Assembly: GCA_021803945.1 (NCBI GenBank)
Contig: JAJZKW010000002.1
Location: 1,734 to 65,733, forward strand
Origin: Candidatus Micrarchaeota archaeon
GTDB lineage: Archaea > Micrarchaeota > Micrarchaeia > Micrarchaeales > CABMGC01
DNA: 64,000 bases
Direction: 5' to 3'
Both the position numbers and the translations under genes were made by a program. Under the pieces are notes generated by a model that saw only the letters and a program-made list of their open reading frames with translations, had not been told where the DNA came from and did no database searches. Position 1 is the first letter of the stretch. The number at the start of each line of letters is the position of its first letter. Shown in pieces: positions 18,324 through 28,507 of this stretch.

Positions 18324-20096
18324 ATGCTGTTCGATGAAGTTTCAAGGTATTATGAAAGGCTTGAGAATACTTCCTCAAGGCTGGCTATGGTTGACATACT
18401 CTCCGAGCTCTTCTCAAAGGCAAGGCCCGATGAGATTAAGAACCTTATATACATGACGCAGGGAGTGTTGGCACCGTCATTCGAGGGCGTGCAGATTGGC
18501 ATGGCCGAGAAGTTCACTGAGGCCGCTATAGCAATGGCTAGTGGATACTCAAAGGAGGACTCCATTGCAAGCTTCAGGAAGACCGGGGATATGGGTCTTA
18601 CTGCAGAGGAATTCATAAAGAAGGGAAAGCTCAGGACTCTGTCCAGGAAGGAACTTGAGGTCAACTACGTCTTCGAATCCATGCTTAAGATTGCAGGCAC
18701 ATCTGGCCATGGCAGCCAGGAGTCAAAGATAAAGATGCTAGTCGAGCTCCTGGCATCAGCATCTCCGCTGGAGGCCAGGTACATGACAAGATTCGCCCTA
18801 GGCACGCTCAGGCTGGGTGCTGGTGATGCAACCATACTAGAGTCTCTATCAAAGGCATATACCGGCGACAGGAACGCAAAACCGAAGCTGGAGAACGCCT
18901 ACAACATCTGCAATGACTTGGGGAGGGTCGGGCAGACGCTCAGCGAAAAGGGAATTCCAGGGATAGAGCGTCTCAAAGTTTCGCTTTTCAGTCCGATAAG
19001 ACCAGCACTGGCAGAGAGGTTGCCTACAGCTGATGCGATACTGGAGAGGATGGGCGGGAAATGCGCGATAGAGTCAAAGTATGACGGATTCAGGGTACAG
19101 GTTCACATCGACAGGAAGAAAAAGAAGGTGGAGATGTTCTCAAGGAACCTTGAAAAGACAACAGAGATGTTCCCCGACCTTGCAAAAGCCGCACTGCTGG
19201 AGGTAAGGGCAGCAGAGGCGATACTGGAGGGCGAGGCGCTTGCATATGACGACACAACAGGAGAGTTCAGGCCATTCCAGGAAACCATACAGCGAAAGAG
19301 GAAGCACGATATAGCCGAAAAGAGCGCAGCCTTCCCGCTCCATCTCTTTGCGTTCGACCTGATGTACCTCGATGGGGAGGACTATCTCGGGAAGCCATAC
19401 GAAGAGAGAAGGGAGAAGCTAGAGTCGATAATAAAGGGGGACGGCACAATAAGATTCTCGGACAGGATAATCGCGACTACCCCAAGGCAGATAGACAAAT
19501 ACTTCGAGGAGGCCGTAGAGAGCGGCCTTGAAGGGATAGTTGCCAAGGACCTTCATGCACCATACATCGCAGGCGCGAGGAAATTCAGCTGGATAAAGCT
19601 AAAGAGAAGCTACAAGGGCGAGCTCTCAGATACCGTTGACCTCGTAATACTCGGATATTACCTAGGGAAGGGGCAGCGCACCGAATTCGGGTTCGGCGGC
19701 CTGCTGGCAGGCACATACAACGAGAATAGGGACGTCTTCGAAACGATAACCAGGATAGGCACGGGATTCTCAGAGAAGCAGATGGAGACCCTCGGCAGCA
19801 TTCTCAGGAAGATAAAGGTTGCCAGGAGGCCGGCAAGGGTCGACGCGCTTATAGAGCCACACTTCTGGGTCGAGCCGAAATATGTTGTGACAGTGCGCGC
19901 AGACGAGATAACGAGATCGCCCACGCACACCTGCGGAAAACCCGAAGGAAAGCCAGACGAGCCTGGATTCGCGCTGAGATTCCCCAGGCTCGTAAGCGAC
20001 GGAGTCAGGGAGGATAAGGGAGCAGAGGACGCTACAACTACAAAGGAGATAGCCGAAATGTATAATATGCAGAAGAAGGTAAAGGTAACTGATTGA
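18324..20096 (+). CDS. lig: ATP-dependent DNA ligase
   Basis: Motif I ESKYDGFRVQ, ILEGE, FDLMYLDG, EGIVAK, WIKLK, LRFPR. Confidence 0.97.
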   Translation: MLFDEVSRYYERLENTSSRLAMVDILSELFSKARPDEIKNLIYMTQGVLAPSFEGVQIGMAEKFTEAAIAMASGYSKEDSIASFRKTGDMGLTAEEFIKKGKLRTLSRKELEVNYVFESMLKIAGTSGHGSQESKIKMLVELLASASPLEARYMTRFALGTLRLGAGDATILESLSKAYTGDRNAKPKLENAYNICNDLGRVGQTLSEKGIPGIERLKVSLFSPIRPALAERLPTADAILERMGGKCAIESKYDGFRVQVHIDRKKKKVEMFSRNLEKTTEMFPDLAKAALLEVRAAEAILEGEALAYDDTTGEFRPFQETIQRKRKHDIAEKSAAFPLHLFAFDLMYLDGEDYLGKPYEERREKLESIIKGDGTIRFSDRIIATTPRQIDKYFEEAVESGLEGIVAKDLHAPYIAGARKFSWIKLKRSYKGELSDTVDLVILGYYLGKGQRTEFGFGGLLAGTYNENRDVFETITRIGTGFSEKQMETLGSILRKIKVARRPARVDALIEPHFWVEPKYVVTVRADEITRSPTHTCGKPEGKPDEPGFALRFPRLVSDGVREDKGAEDATTTKEIAEMYNMQKKVKVTD

Positions 20097-20100
20097 TCTT

Positions 20101-20703
20101 ATGCACAAAGTCCAGGATAGGACAAAGGCCGCGTACGACAGGATTGCAGCAGAATATGCCAGAACGTTCTTCGATTTCTCACTGATGAGCAAACAGTATG
20201 ACAAATTCAAATCCCTCTGCAGCAAGGGATCGCTCATACTTGATATCGGATGCGGACCGGGGAGGGATGTGAAATATTTTTCCGACAACGGCTACAAGGT
20301 TGTCGGTATAGAATACTCTGCAGGCATGCTGGCCCAGGCAAGAAGGATGGTGCCAGAAGCCGATTTCAGGGAGATGGATATGCGCAGGCTAGGGTTTAAG
20401 AATGGTTCGTTCGATGCGGTCTGGGCCAATGCCTCCCTCCATCATCTTCCAAAGGATCAGGCAGAGACTGCAGTCAAGGAGATGGCAAGGGTACTAAAAC
20501 GGGGCGGAATAGTATACCTCAGCGTGATAAATGGGCCTGGAAAAGATGCGCATGAGATCAATGAGGACGGCAGGCAGTTCTTTTCATACAGGCTCGAAGA
20601 GCTCGAAAAGCTCCTCGATAAAAACGGACTAAAGATGGTGGACGGCTATGTCACTGAAGGCTTCGGAGGGGATTGGGTAGAGGTCTTTGCAAGAAAAGTC
20701 TAG
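20101..20703 (+). CDS. class I SAM-dependent methyltransferase
   Basis: ILDIGCGPGRD, FDAVWANASLHH, RVLKRGG. Confidence 0.9.
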   Translation: MHKVQDRTKAAYDRIAAEYARTFFDFSLMSKQYDKFKSLCSKGSLILDIGCGPGRDVKYFSDNGYKVVGIEYSAGMLAQARRMVPEADFREMDMRRLGFKNGSFDAVWANASLHHLPKDQAETAVKEMARVLKRGGIVYLSVINGPGKDAHEINEDGRQFFSYRLEELEKLLDKNGLKMVDGYVTEGFGGDWVEVFARKV

Positions 20704-21029
20704 ATCGCGCCCTCCTTCCTGAGCATCTGCATCTTTTTCTTCGTCCCTCCGGGTGCAGAATATCTGCCCAGTTCCCCGTTGCTCCTTATCACCCTATGGC
20801 ATGGTATTGCCGGAGCAAGAGGATTTGCCTTAAGCGCGCTTCCCACCGCCCTGTATGCTTTTGGGTGCCCTATAGCAGCCGCAATCTGCTTGTAGGTCAT
20901 CGTTTTCCCCCTGGGTATGTCAAGCGTTTCGCGAAGAACTGCCGTCTGAAAATCGGTCATATTGTACTTTGCAAGCCTCCTGACAAGCTCCTGCTTTCTT
21001 TGACTGCGCATAATCATATATGCATGCAT
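20700..21029 (-). CDS. ogt: O6-methylguanine-DNA methyltransferase (catalytic domain only)
   Basis: IPRGKTMTY..IA, RAVGSAL..NP, IPCHRVI with the active Cys. Confidence 0.92.
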   Translation of the reverse strand: MHAYMIMRSQRKQELVRRLAKYNMTDFQTAVLRETLDIPRGKTMTYKQIAAAIGHPKAYRAVGSALKANPLAPAIPCHRVIRSNGELGRYSAPGGTKKKMQMLRKEGAI

Positions 21030-21196
21030 AGATTTCTATAATTTGGCTTTATCTTCCACTACCTTTTGATGTAGTTCCACAATTCATCCTTTACTTAAGT
21101 ATCTATTCTTATATCTGCAGCTAAGCTGTTCCTCTACTAAAAACACAACATAAGATATTTAAATATATACCTGAGTATTATCTAATCGGCGATCAC

Positions 21197-22243
21197 ATGG
21201 TAGAATTCGGCACAGACTTTTCGAGTACAAGCGAGGAGAGCGCGAGCGGCGCTCCACAAATAAAGATAGTCACAATCGGGGTTGGAGGAGGAGGGAACAA
21301 CACAATCAACAGGCTTCTCAAGGTAGGAGTCAAGGGAACCGAGCTTGTTGCTGTGAACACTGATGTTACACACTTCAAAATAGTCGACGACAGGATCAAA
21401 AAAGTGCTTATTGGAAAGGCGCTTACAAGAGGACTGGGTGCAGGCGGAGCTCCTGAAGTAGGCGCAAAGGCCGCAGAGGCCGACAGGCAGGTGCTTGAGG
21501 AGATTCTGGGAGGCGCACAGCTTGTATTTCTTTGCGCAGGCATGGGCGGAGGCACAGGAACAGGCGCAATACCTGTAATCGCGCAGATCGCGAAGGAACA
21601 GGGCGCAATAGTGGTCGCAATGGTAACCTATCCATTCGATCTTGAGAGAGTGAGGAAGGTAAAGGCAGAGGAAGGCATACAGAAGCTCAGGAAGTTCAGC
21701 GACAGCGTGATACTCCTTGACAACAACAGGCTGGTGAAGCTTGTGCCAAACCTGCCAATGAACGAGGCTTTCGCAGTTGCGGATGACATACTCGCAAAGG
21801 CGATAGGCGGACTTGTCTGGACCATAACTCAGCCGAGCCTGATCAACATAGACTTCGCAGATGTAAGGTCAATAATGGGAAACGGGGATGTAGGCTTCAT
21901 ATCAGTGGGAACAGGCAAGGGAAACGACAAAGTGACCTCTGCTGCCGATTCCGTACTGAAGAACAAGCTTCTTGATGTTGACTTCGAGAATGCGAAGGGT
22001 GCCCTCATACACATATCAGGCGCATCAGACCTTAGCCTGGGCGACGCCATAAAGGCCGGAGAGATCATAACCGAGAGGATGGATCCAAAGGCCAACGTGA
22101 AATGGGGCGCCAGGATCATACCAGGGTATGAAGGCCAGCTGGAGATAGTGGCCATAGTCACCGGAGTCAAGGGCGCGAGCATAGTCGGAAAATTCTCCGA
22201 TGAGCCGCAGCAGGTCAAATACGGCGGGCTCGACATGATATGA
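21197..22243 (+). CDS. ftsZ: cell division protein FtsZ (FtsZ2-like), copy A
   Basis: GVGGGGNN, AVNTD, GLGAGG, GMGGGTGTG, T7 loop NIDFAD; ends GLDMI. Confidence 0.96.
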   Translation: MVEFGTDFSSTSEESASGAPQIKIVTIGVGGGGNNTINRLLKVGVKGTELVAVNTDVTHFKIVDDRIKKVLIGKALTRGLGAGGAPEVGAKAAEADRQVLEEILGGAQLVFLCAGMGGGTGTGAIPVIAQIAKEQGAIVVAMVTYPFDLERVRKVKAEEGIQKLRKFSDSVILLDNNRLVKLVPNLPMNEAFAVADDILAKAIGGLVWTITQPSLINIDFADVRSIMGNGDVGFISVGTGKGNDKVTSAADSVLKNKLLDVDFENAKGALIHISGASDLSLGDAIKAGEIITERMDPKANVKWGARIIPGYEGQLEIVAIVTGVKGASIVGKFSDEPQQVKYGGLDMI

Positions 22244-22270
22244 GGGCCTGTTGTTTGATATTTGGTGAAT

Positions 22271-23293
22271 ATGATGGCAGACCAGTTTGATTACGATGCA
22301 TTCACCCCGAAAGTAGCGGTGGTGGGTGTCGGAGGGCAAGGGAGCAACCTAGTTAACAGGCTGTTCAACTATGGCATAAAGAGCGCGGATACGATAGCTA
22401 TCAATACTGACATAGGGCATCTCAACATGATAAAGGCCCACAAGAAGCTATTGATAGGCAAGAACATAACCAACGGGCTTGGCGCAGGAGGATTTCCCGA
22501 AGTGGCTGCAAAATGCGCAGACATCAGCAGGGGCGAGATAGAGGAGCTTCTCGGCGGATACAATCTGATCTTCCTGGCGGCAGGCATGGGTGGAGGCACA
22601 GGTACAGGCGCGGCTCCGACAGTTGCAAGGATTGCAATGGAAACAGGGGCTACAGTGATCGCCACAGTGACATACCCATTCTCGCTTGAAAGGAGCAGGA
22701 GGTTCAAGGCAGACTGGGGCCTTGAGCAGCTGAACAAGGAAGCAGACTGCACGATAGTGATAGAGAACGACAAGCTGCTGTCATACGTGCCTAACCTTCC
22801 GATAGAAAAGGCGTTTGAGGTTGTTGACAATGTTACAGGCAATGCCGTTAAGGGCATAGCGGACACGATAACCCTACCTAGCCTGATCAACCTGGACTTC
22901 GCAGACCTTAAGAACGTCGTGAGGAATACTGGAACGGCGGTGATAAGCCTCGGATACGGGAGGGGCACTGACAGGGTGGCACAGGCAATCAAGTCCACAA
23001 GGTCGCATCCGCTGCTCAGCGTTGACTATGACGGGGCCAAGGGCGGATTGATACACGTGGTCGGAGGATCAAATCTGACCATAAGCGAGGCTACAGAGAT
23101 AGGCGAAGGCGTAACGGACGGCCTTGCCGGAAATGCCAATGTGATCTTCGGGGCCAGGATGGCTCCAGAGCTGAGGGACGAGATCCATGTCATGTCAGTA
23201 GTGACTGGAGTCAAGGCCAAGTTCGGCGAAAAGAGGAACACCGAGGAGGCAGTCTCCGCGCTGAGCGTAGAGACCATAGGCAGGATATATTGA
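22271..23293 (+). CDS. ftsZ: cell division protein FtsZ (FtsZ2-like), copy B
   Basis: GVGGQGSN, AINTD, GLGAGG, GMGGGTGTG, NLDFAD. Confidence 0.94.
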   Translation: MMADQFDYDAFTPKVAVVGVGGQGSNLVNRLFNYGIKSADTIAINTDIGHLNMIKAHKKLLIGKNITNGLGAGGFPEVAAKCADISRGEIEELLGGYNLIFLAAGMGGGTGTGAAPTVARIAMETGATVIATVTYPFSLERSRRFKADWGLEQLNKEADCTIVIENDKLLSYVPNLPIEKAFEVVDNVTGNAVKGIADTITLPSLINLDFADLKNVVRNTGTAVISLGYGRGTDRVAQAIKSTRSHPLLSVDYDGAKGGLIHVVGGSNLTISEATEIGEGVTDGLAGNANVIFGARMAPELRDEIHVMSVVTGVKAKFGEKRNTEEAVSALSVETIGRIY

Positions 23294-23403
23294 ATCTAGG
23301 GGCCGGACAGGCTCCCTATCCATTCTTCCCTATGCACTAGCTTCTTTTTTGCGGATAGCAAAAGCTTTTTAACTTTCAATATTTATGAACTAAGAGTGAT
23401 TAG

Positions 23404-23811
23404 GTGCCAGACGATATAACTTACGGATCAATGAAGGACCTGAAGCCCGGGAGGTTCCTGCTGATAGACGGAGTGCCTTGCAGGGTGGTTGAGATAGATA
23501 CGTCATCGCCTGGCAAGCACGGCGCCGCGAAGATGAGGATAACGGCTGTTGGGATCTTCGACGGTTCGAAGAAGACGCTCCTTAAGCCGAGCTCTGCAGA
23601 CATAGAGGTGCCTGTGATAAGCAAGAAGAAGGCCCAGGTTGTGTCGATCACAGAAAACCTTGTGCAGGTGATGGACCTCGATACGTACGATACGTACGAA
23701 GTCCCGATGCCCGAGGAGCTTAAAGGCTCGCTGAAGCAGGGATCCGAGGTAGAGATCATGGAGAGCATGAACAGGAGGATAATATCAAGAGTGATGAGCG
23801 GAGGTAATTAG
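23404..23811 (+). CDS. eif5a: translation factor aIF5A
   Basis: SSPGKHGAAK hypusine loop; GTG start. Confidence 0.96.
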   Translation: MPDDITYGSMKDLKPGRFLLIDGVPCRVVEIDTSSPGKHGAAKMRITAVGIFDGSKKTLLKPSSADIEVPVISKKKAQVVSITENLVQVMDLDTYDTYEVPMPEELKGSLKQGSEVEIMESMNRRIISRVMSGGN

Positions 23812-24114
23812 ATGGAACTGAAGATAACCAACGATTATGAGAACAAGCTCCTAGGGAGGAGGGAGATAAGGGCGTATGCAGTATACTCTGACAAGACGCC
23901 CACCAAGGCCGAGGTGAAGGAAGAGGTGTGCAAGAAGCTCAGCATGGACCCGGACCTTGTGGAGATAAGGGAGATAAAGCAGCAATACGGGCTGATGGCA
24001 AGCGACATAACTGCCTATTCCTATTCAAGCAGGGAGATAATGGACAAGCTCTTCAAGAAGAGGGGCAAGAAGGGCGCTACCAAGGAGGCGAAGAGCGGAG
24101 CAACGGCTACATAA
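23812..24114 (+). CDS. rps24e: 30S ribosomal protein S24e
   Basis: ENKLLGRREI...TPTKAEV...YG pattern; upstream of S27ae, the usual archaeal order. Confidence 0.88.
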   Translation: MELKITNDYENKLLGRREIRAYAVYSDKTPTKAEVKEEVCKKLSMDPDLVEIREIKQQYGLMASDITAYSYSSREIMDKLFKKRGKKGATKEAKSGATAT

Positions 24115-24124
24115 GGTGCAATAG

Positions 24125-24289
24125 ATGGCAGAAGACAAAAAAGAGGAGAAGAAAAAGAAGCAGCCAGGTTTCAGGTACGTTCCAGGGACCAAGTTCTGCT
24201 CAAAATGCGGAGCCAAGATGGCAACGCACAAAGACAGATACTCGTGCGGAAGGTGTGCCTACACCGAGTGGAAGAGCAAAGGTCAGTGA
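24125..24289 (+). CDS. rps27ae: 30S ribosomal protein S27ae (eS31), absent from the ORF track
   Basis: Hand translation: [54 protein letters not shown] (54 aa, C4 zinc ribbon); GGTG SD. Confidence 0.93.
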   Translation: MAEDKKEEKKKKQPGFRYVPGTKFCSKCGAKMATHKDRYSCGRCAYTEWKSKGQ

Positions 24290-24994
24290 ATGCCCAAGCC
24301 AGCCGGGAAGAAGAGCCTAGCTGACAGCCTGATATCAGCCGCAATCCTGGTATTCATATACCTGGTGGTGGGATTCGCCCTTAACCTGCTCGTCGCCCTG
24401 ATCTACCAGTCAGGCTATCTTGGATACAACAATTCCAGGTTCCTGTCAGACGTGGCAAGCCTGCTCTCATTGTCCATAGCAGTGATATTATACCTGTTGC
24501 TGTTCAAGAGGCTGAGCTTCAGAAAGGCTGTGCAGGGCCTCGGGTTCTCCCAGAAGAAGGGCGCCAAGAGAACCGGCAAGGTGAGGCTGGTGTGGCTCGG
24601 CCTCGCAATCTTCATTGCAATATTCATATTCGAGATGGCTGTGGGGCTGATAGGGCAGGCGACCAACACGCAGATAAACACCAACGTGAGCGCAGTGCTT
24701 GCAGGCGCGCCGCTGTGGTTCTACATCTACTCGGCAATAATAGAGCCCATAAACGAGGAGATCTTCTTCAGGGGCTTCCTTGTTCCGAGGATAGGCATCC
24801 TGGCAAGCTCGCTGATCTTCGGGTTCGCGCATTATACGTACTATTCCACATTCGGTATAGAGGTAATAGCCGCATTCACGTTCGGCACCCTGGCAGGATA
24901 TGTCTTCAAGAAGACCAGGTCGATATACCCTGGCATAATCGCGCACATACTGGTGAACAGCCTGGCAGTCATAGTAATGCTGGCGATAGCCTGA
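24290..24994 (+). CDS. CPBP (CAAX/Abi) intramembrane metalloprotease
   Basis: PINEEIFFRG, FGFAH, HILVN motifs; multiple TM helices. Confidence 0.92.
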   Translation: MPKPAGKKSLADSLISAAILVFIYLVVGFALNLLVALIYQSGYLGYNNSRFLSDVASLLSLSIAVILYLLLFKRLSFRKAVQGLGFSQKKGAKRTGKVRLVWLGLAIFIAIFIFEMAVGLIGQATNTQINTNVSAVLAGAPLWFYIYSAIIEPINEEIFFRGFLVPRIGILASSLIFGFAHYTYYSTFGIEVIAAFTFGTLAGYVFKKTRSIYPGIIAHILVNSLAVIVMLAIA

Positions 24995-25003
24995 GGAAGC
25001 ACC

Positions 25004-25687
25004 ATGAGGTTCAAGATAATAATAGTAGAGCCGAGGTACCAGATAAACCTAGGCTATATAGCAAGGGTATCAAAGAACTTCGGTGTCAGGAGGCTCTTCC
25101 TGGTAAATCCGAGGACCAAGATCGGAGGAAGGGCCATAATGTTCTCAAAGCACGCGAAGGATCTTCTCCTGAACGCAAAGGTATACAAGAGCCTTGAGCA
25201 GGCGGTAGCCGGATGCGACGTGGTGATAGGTACAACGGGGATATGGAGGAAGGCCAGGGTGAGCTTCAAGGATGTCTATATGGTTGACAAGGCCATAGAG
25301 AGGCTTCAGAAGATGAAAGGAGACAAGATTGCTGCAATACTAATAGGCAGGGATGACACAGGCCTGAAGAAGGACGAGATAGAGAGGTGCGACATGGTGG
25401 CTTACATAGGCACAAACCCTGAATATCCAGTGCTCAACATCTCTCACGCCCTTGGAATAATGCTCTACCTGCTTAACTCCAAGAACTTCAAGCCTGTATA
25501 CGACGATGCTTCAGCGAGGAGGGCCGACAGGGACGAGCTCGAGCATCTCTTCAGGATATTCAATGACACTGTTGAAAAGAAAAGGATAAGGAACAAGAAG
25601 GCCGTAAGGAACATCTTCAGGCGCCTGGTGTACACCTCCCAGCCGAACAGGCAGGAGATACACGCCCTGATATCCGCCCTCAAGTAA
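25004..25687 (+). CDS. trmJ: TrmJ/LasT-family SPOUT tRNA methyltransferase
   Basis: VEPRYQINLGYIAR..KNFG, IGRDDTGL..DEI..CD, YPVLNISHA. Confidence 0.85.
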   Translation: MRFKIIIVEPRYQINLGYIARVSKNFGVRRLFLVNPRTKIGGRAIMFSKHAKDLLLNAKVYKSLEQAVAGCDVVIGTTGIWRKARVSFKDVYMVDKAIERLQKMKGDKIAAILIGRDDTGLKKDEIERCDMVAYIGTNPEYPVLNISHALGIMLYLLNSKNFKPVYDDASARRADRDELEHLFRIFNDTVEKKRIRNKKAVRNIFRRLVYTSQPNRQEIHALISALK

Positions 25688-25737
25688 ACTAAGCTACCAG
25701 GCCATGGGATGCGGGCTTCCTATTCCAGATTAGGAGG

Positions 25738-26103
25738 CTACTGCTTCTTCCTCTTTATTATCTTCACTTTTGCAGGCGTTATGAGTATCCTTGTGGCGTC
25801 TATCTGGCCGATGTCCCCGTTCAGCTTCTCGACGTAAGCCTTCAGCGCAGTCACGACATTCTTGAGCGTAGTGGGCCTCTTGTTCAGTTCGCTCACATCA
25901 AGGAGGATTATGTTCTTCTTGGATATCTCGTCCTGTATCGCCCTTACTTCATCCTCGCTGGATATGGAAACCGGCTTTACGTACATGTCCGCAGGCTCGT
26001 GCAGCAAGTCGACATTCTCCATCTCCACGGAATTCATGTATTCCTCTATATTTATCTCTTTGTTCGAGCCAAACGCCTGGCCAAGCTTGTCAAAAACTCC
26101 CAT
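25738..26103 (-). CDS. sepF: cell division protein SepF
   Basis: N-terminal amphipathic MGVFDKLGQAFG; NIILLDV...GDIGQI....ILITP..VKI core. Confidence 0.88.
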   Translation of the reverse strand: MGVFDKLGQAFGSNKEINIEEYMNSVEMENVDLLHEPADMYVKPVSISSEDEVRAIQDEISKKNIILLDVSELNKRPTTLKNVVTALKAYVEKLNGDIGQIDATRILITPAKVKIIKRKKQ

Positions 26104-26217
26104 GTTAATTCACTAGTCGCCTTTAACGACTGCATATTCATGCGCGAATCATTTTTATAATACTTTCCCTTGGTCCTTTTTATCTGCCGTCCGGTTTTGC
26201 GTATACAAAAACCGTCT

Positions 26218-28374
26218 TCAGGCACGTCCAGCCGGCCCTTTGCCCTCTTCATCCGCCCCAACCACCTGCGAGATTATCTTTTTTGCCACGTCGCTGCCGA
26301 ACATCGCCCTGATGCGCTCCTGAGACTCCGGCTTCCTTATGTCGTATGCCTTCTTTATCCCGTTGTTGTACATCATCCTCGCCCTCACCCTTCCCACCTG
26401 CTCCAGCCTTATAAGGTCCATAAGCTCTTTCCTTATCCCATACTTTATCCTTATCCTCATCTCAAGAAGCTTCACAGGGTTGAACCTCGAGAGCTTTGCG
26501 AGCTCCATGCTGGCATAGAGCAGCCAGTCCGCATTCGTGACCTTGGTGAAGAGCGCACCAGGCGTCGTCCTGTAGTCCTTCATGACCTCCCTCTCCACCT
26601 TCTCGCTTATCCAGTCGTTGAGCATGAGTGCAGTGCTGAACGGTTTCACCGGGTCGTAGAACATGAAATCGTTGTCATCGTACCTGGCAATGCTGTTGTC
26701 AGCAAGAGACTGGTACTCGAAATACCTCTCCTCAGCCTCCGGAGTGGCCCTGACATACGGTCTCATCTCCATTGTGTTGCACACCATGAAGAGTATGGAC
26801 AGATCGTCCGTAAGCCTCGGTATCGAATCTATGATCCATTTTGCCGAAAGCGGGTCTATATAGAGCTCGCTTACCCTGTGCCCTATCCTGGTGGCGTTGT
26901 ATATGCTTCCCTTCGATTCGATAAAACCCCAGTCACCGAGCTCCTTCAGCACCTCCCGTACTATCTGCTTCAGCCGCGTCTGGTCTGAATACTGGTATCC
27001 GTAGAACGTGCTGGCCATGAAGTCTGCTATCGACTCTTCGCTAGTCAGGAACCTCGTCGCCACGAATGCGAGTATATGCGTCCTGAGTATTGGCAGGACT
27101 CCCAGCTTCGACGTTATGGGGTCAAGGTCCGAGAGTATGTACCTGTTGTACAGGTCCTGCGCATCAGACTTGGATTTCGCTATCAGCAGCGCCCTGCCCT
27201 CAGTGTCGTACTTGGGCCTGCCGGCTCGGCCGAAGAGCTGGGTCACCTCATTTATCCCTATGTATTCGCTGCCTGAGCTCCCGCTGTACCTTGTTATGTC
27301 CCTCACAAGCACCGTATGTGCCGGAAGGTTTATCCCCAGGCTCAATGTCGTTGTCGAGCATATGGCCTTGAGCATGTTCTCCCTGAACGCCTCCTCGACC
27401 ATCACCCTCTGCTCGTTGACAAGCCCGCTGTGGTGGAATGCAACACCGCTCAGTATGCATTTGGCGAGCTTTTCGCACTGCATTGTAGGCCTGCCGAGGA
27501 CTCCGAGTATGCGGTCGCTCAATTCCTTCAAGCGCTCCTTCTCCCCTTCGGTGATGTACTTGGACACCATTCCAGAGAGCTTCTCGGATCCTGCCTCCGC
27601 ATTCCTCTTCGTACTGTAAAATATCATTATCTGCTTCTTCCTCTTCAGCGTGTCTTCTGCGACCCTTATCTCCGGTATCCTGTTCGTGCTCTGCATGGCC
27701 TCCTCGCGCCCTCCCTCGTACATCGCATTGCCGTTTACCTCTATCCCCCTCTCCAGGACGACAGGCCTGTAATCGCTCTCTATAAGCTCCGCCCCCATCC
27801 ACCCGGATAGCTCCTTCGTGTTCCCCACAGTCGCGCTCAGCGCGATCAGCTGCGCGCCTGCGCACATCCTCTCGAGCTTCGATATGAGTATCTCAAGCGT
27901 AGGGCCCCTCCCCTGCTCATCAAGCATGTGCACCTCGTCTATAACTATGCATCCTATGCTCTCCATCCAGGAAATCCCGTGCCTTATCAGGCTGTCGAAC
28001 TTCTCCGTCGATGCGAATACTATGTCATAGTCCTCAAGCCACCTGTCCAGGGAATCGAGGTCGCCTATGGACATCGCCACCTTCAGGTAAGGGTAGTCCT
28101 TCCTGAAGTCGTTGTATTTCTCCCTGACAAGCGCCCTCATTGGAGCTATGTAGACGGCCTTCTTCCTGTCCCATATAACAGATTTGAGCATAGCGATCTC
28201 TGCTATGAGCGTCTTTCCGCTTGCTGTTGGCGCTGCGACAACAAAGTTGTTCCCTCCCGCCAACCCTGATTCCACAGCGAGCTCCTGCGGCGGAGTGAGC
28301 TTTGATATCCCTCTTCTGTCGAGGGATTCGACTACCTCCTTGGGCACCTTCCCTACCAAATCTTTTATATACAT
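26218..28374 (-). CDS. hel308: Hel308/Hjm SF2 DNA helicase
   Basis: LTPPQ, APTASGKT, DEVH, LSAT, FHHSGL, QLFGRAGRP, VGRVRAR. Confidence 0.93.
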   Translation of the reverse strand: MYIKDLVGKVPKEVVESLDRRGISKLTPPQELAVESGLAGGNNFVVAAPTASGKTLIAEIAMLKSVIWDRKKAVYIAPMRALVREKYNDFRKDYPYLKVAMSIGDLDSLDRWLEDYDIVFASTEKFDSLIRHGISWMESIGCIVIDEVHMLDEQGRGPTLEILISKLERMCAGAQLIALSATVGNTKELSGWMGAELIESDYRPVVLERGIEVNGNAMYEGGREEAMQSTNRIPEIRVAEDTLKRKKQIMIFYSTKRNAEAGSEKLSGMVSKYITEGEKERLKELSDRILGVLGRPTMQCEKLAKCILSGVAFHHSGLVNEQRVMVEEAFRENMLKAICSTTTLSLGINLPAHTVLVRDITRYSGSSGSEYIGINEVTQLFGRAGRPKYDTEGRALLIAKSKSDAQDLYNRYILSDLDPITSKLGVLPILRTHILAFVATRFLTSEESIADFMASTFYGYQYSDQTRLKQIVREVLKELGDWGFIESKGSIYNATRIGHRVSELYIDPLSAKWIIDSIPRLTDDLSILFMVCNTMEMRPYVRATPEAEERYFEYQSLADNSIARYDDNDFMFYDPVKPFSTALMLNDWISEKVEREVMKDYRTTPGALFTKVTNADWLLYASMELAKLSRFNPVKLLEMRIRIKYGIRKELMDLIRLEQVGRVRARMMYNNGIKKAYDIRKPESQERIRAMFGSDVAKKIISQVVGADEEGKGPAGRA

Positions 28375-28507
28375 AAAAATCTGCGTATCTGCGTAGTGGG
28401 ATTTGGGGAATATATTTAAAAGAGTATTCCCGCTATTATTACGAGTAATATAAATTGAAAGTTATAAACGCTATGGGTTTTGGTTAAACAACCAGGTTCT
28501 CGATAGA

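Noticed and set aside
3721..28374. Inteins in aIF5B, SufB, ligase or Hel308
   Set aside because: All have normal lengths and no intein terminal or LAGLIDADG motifs.
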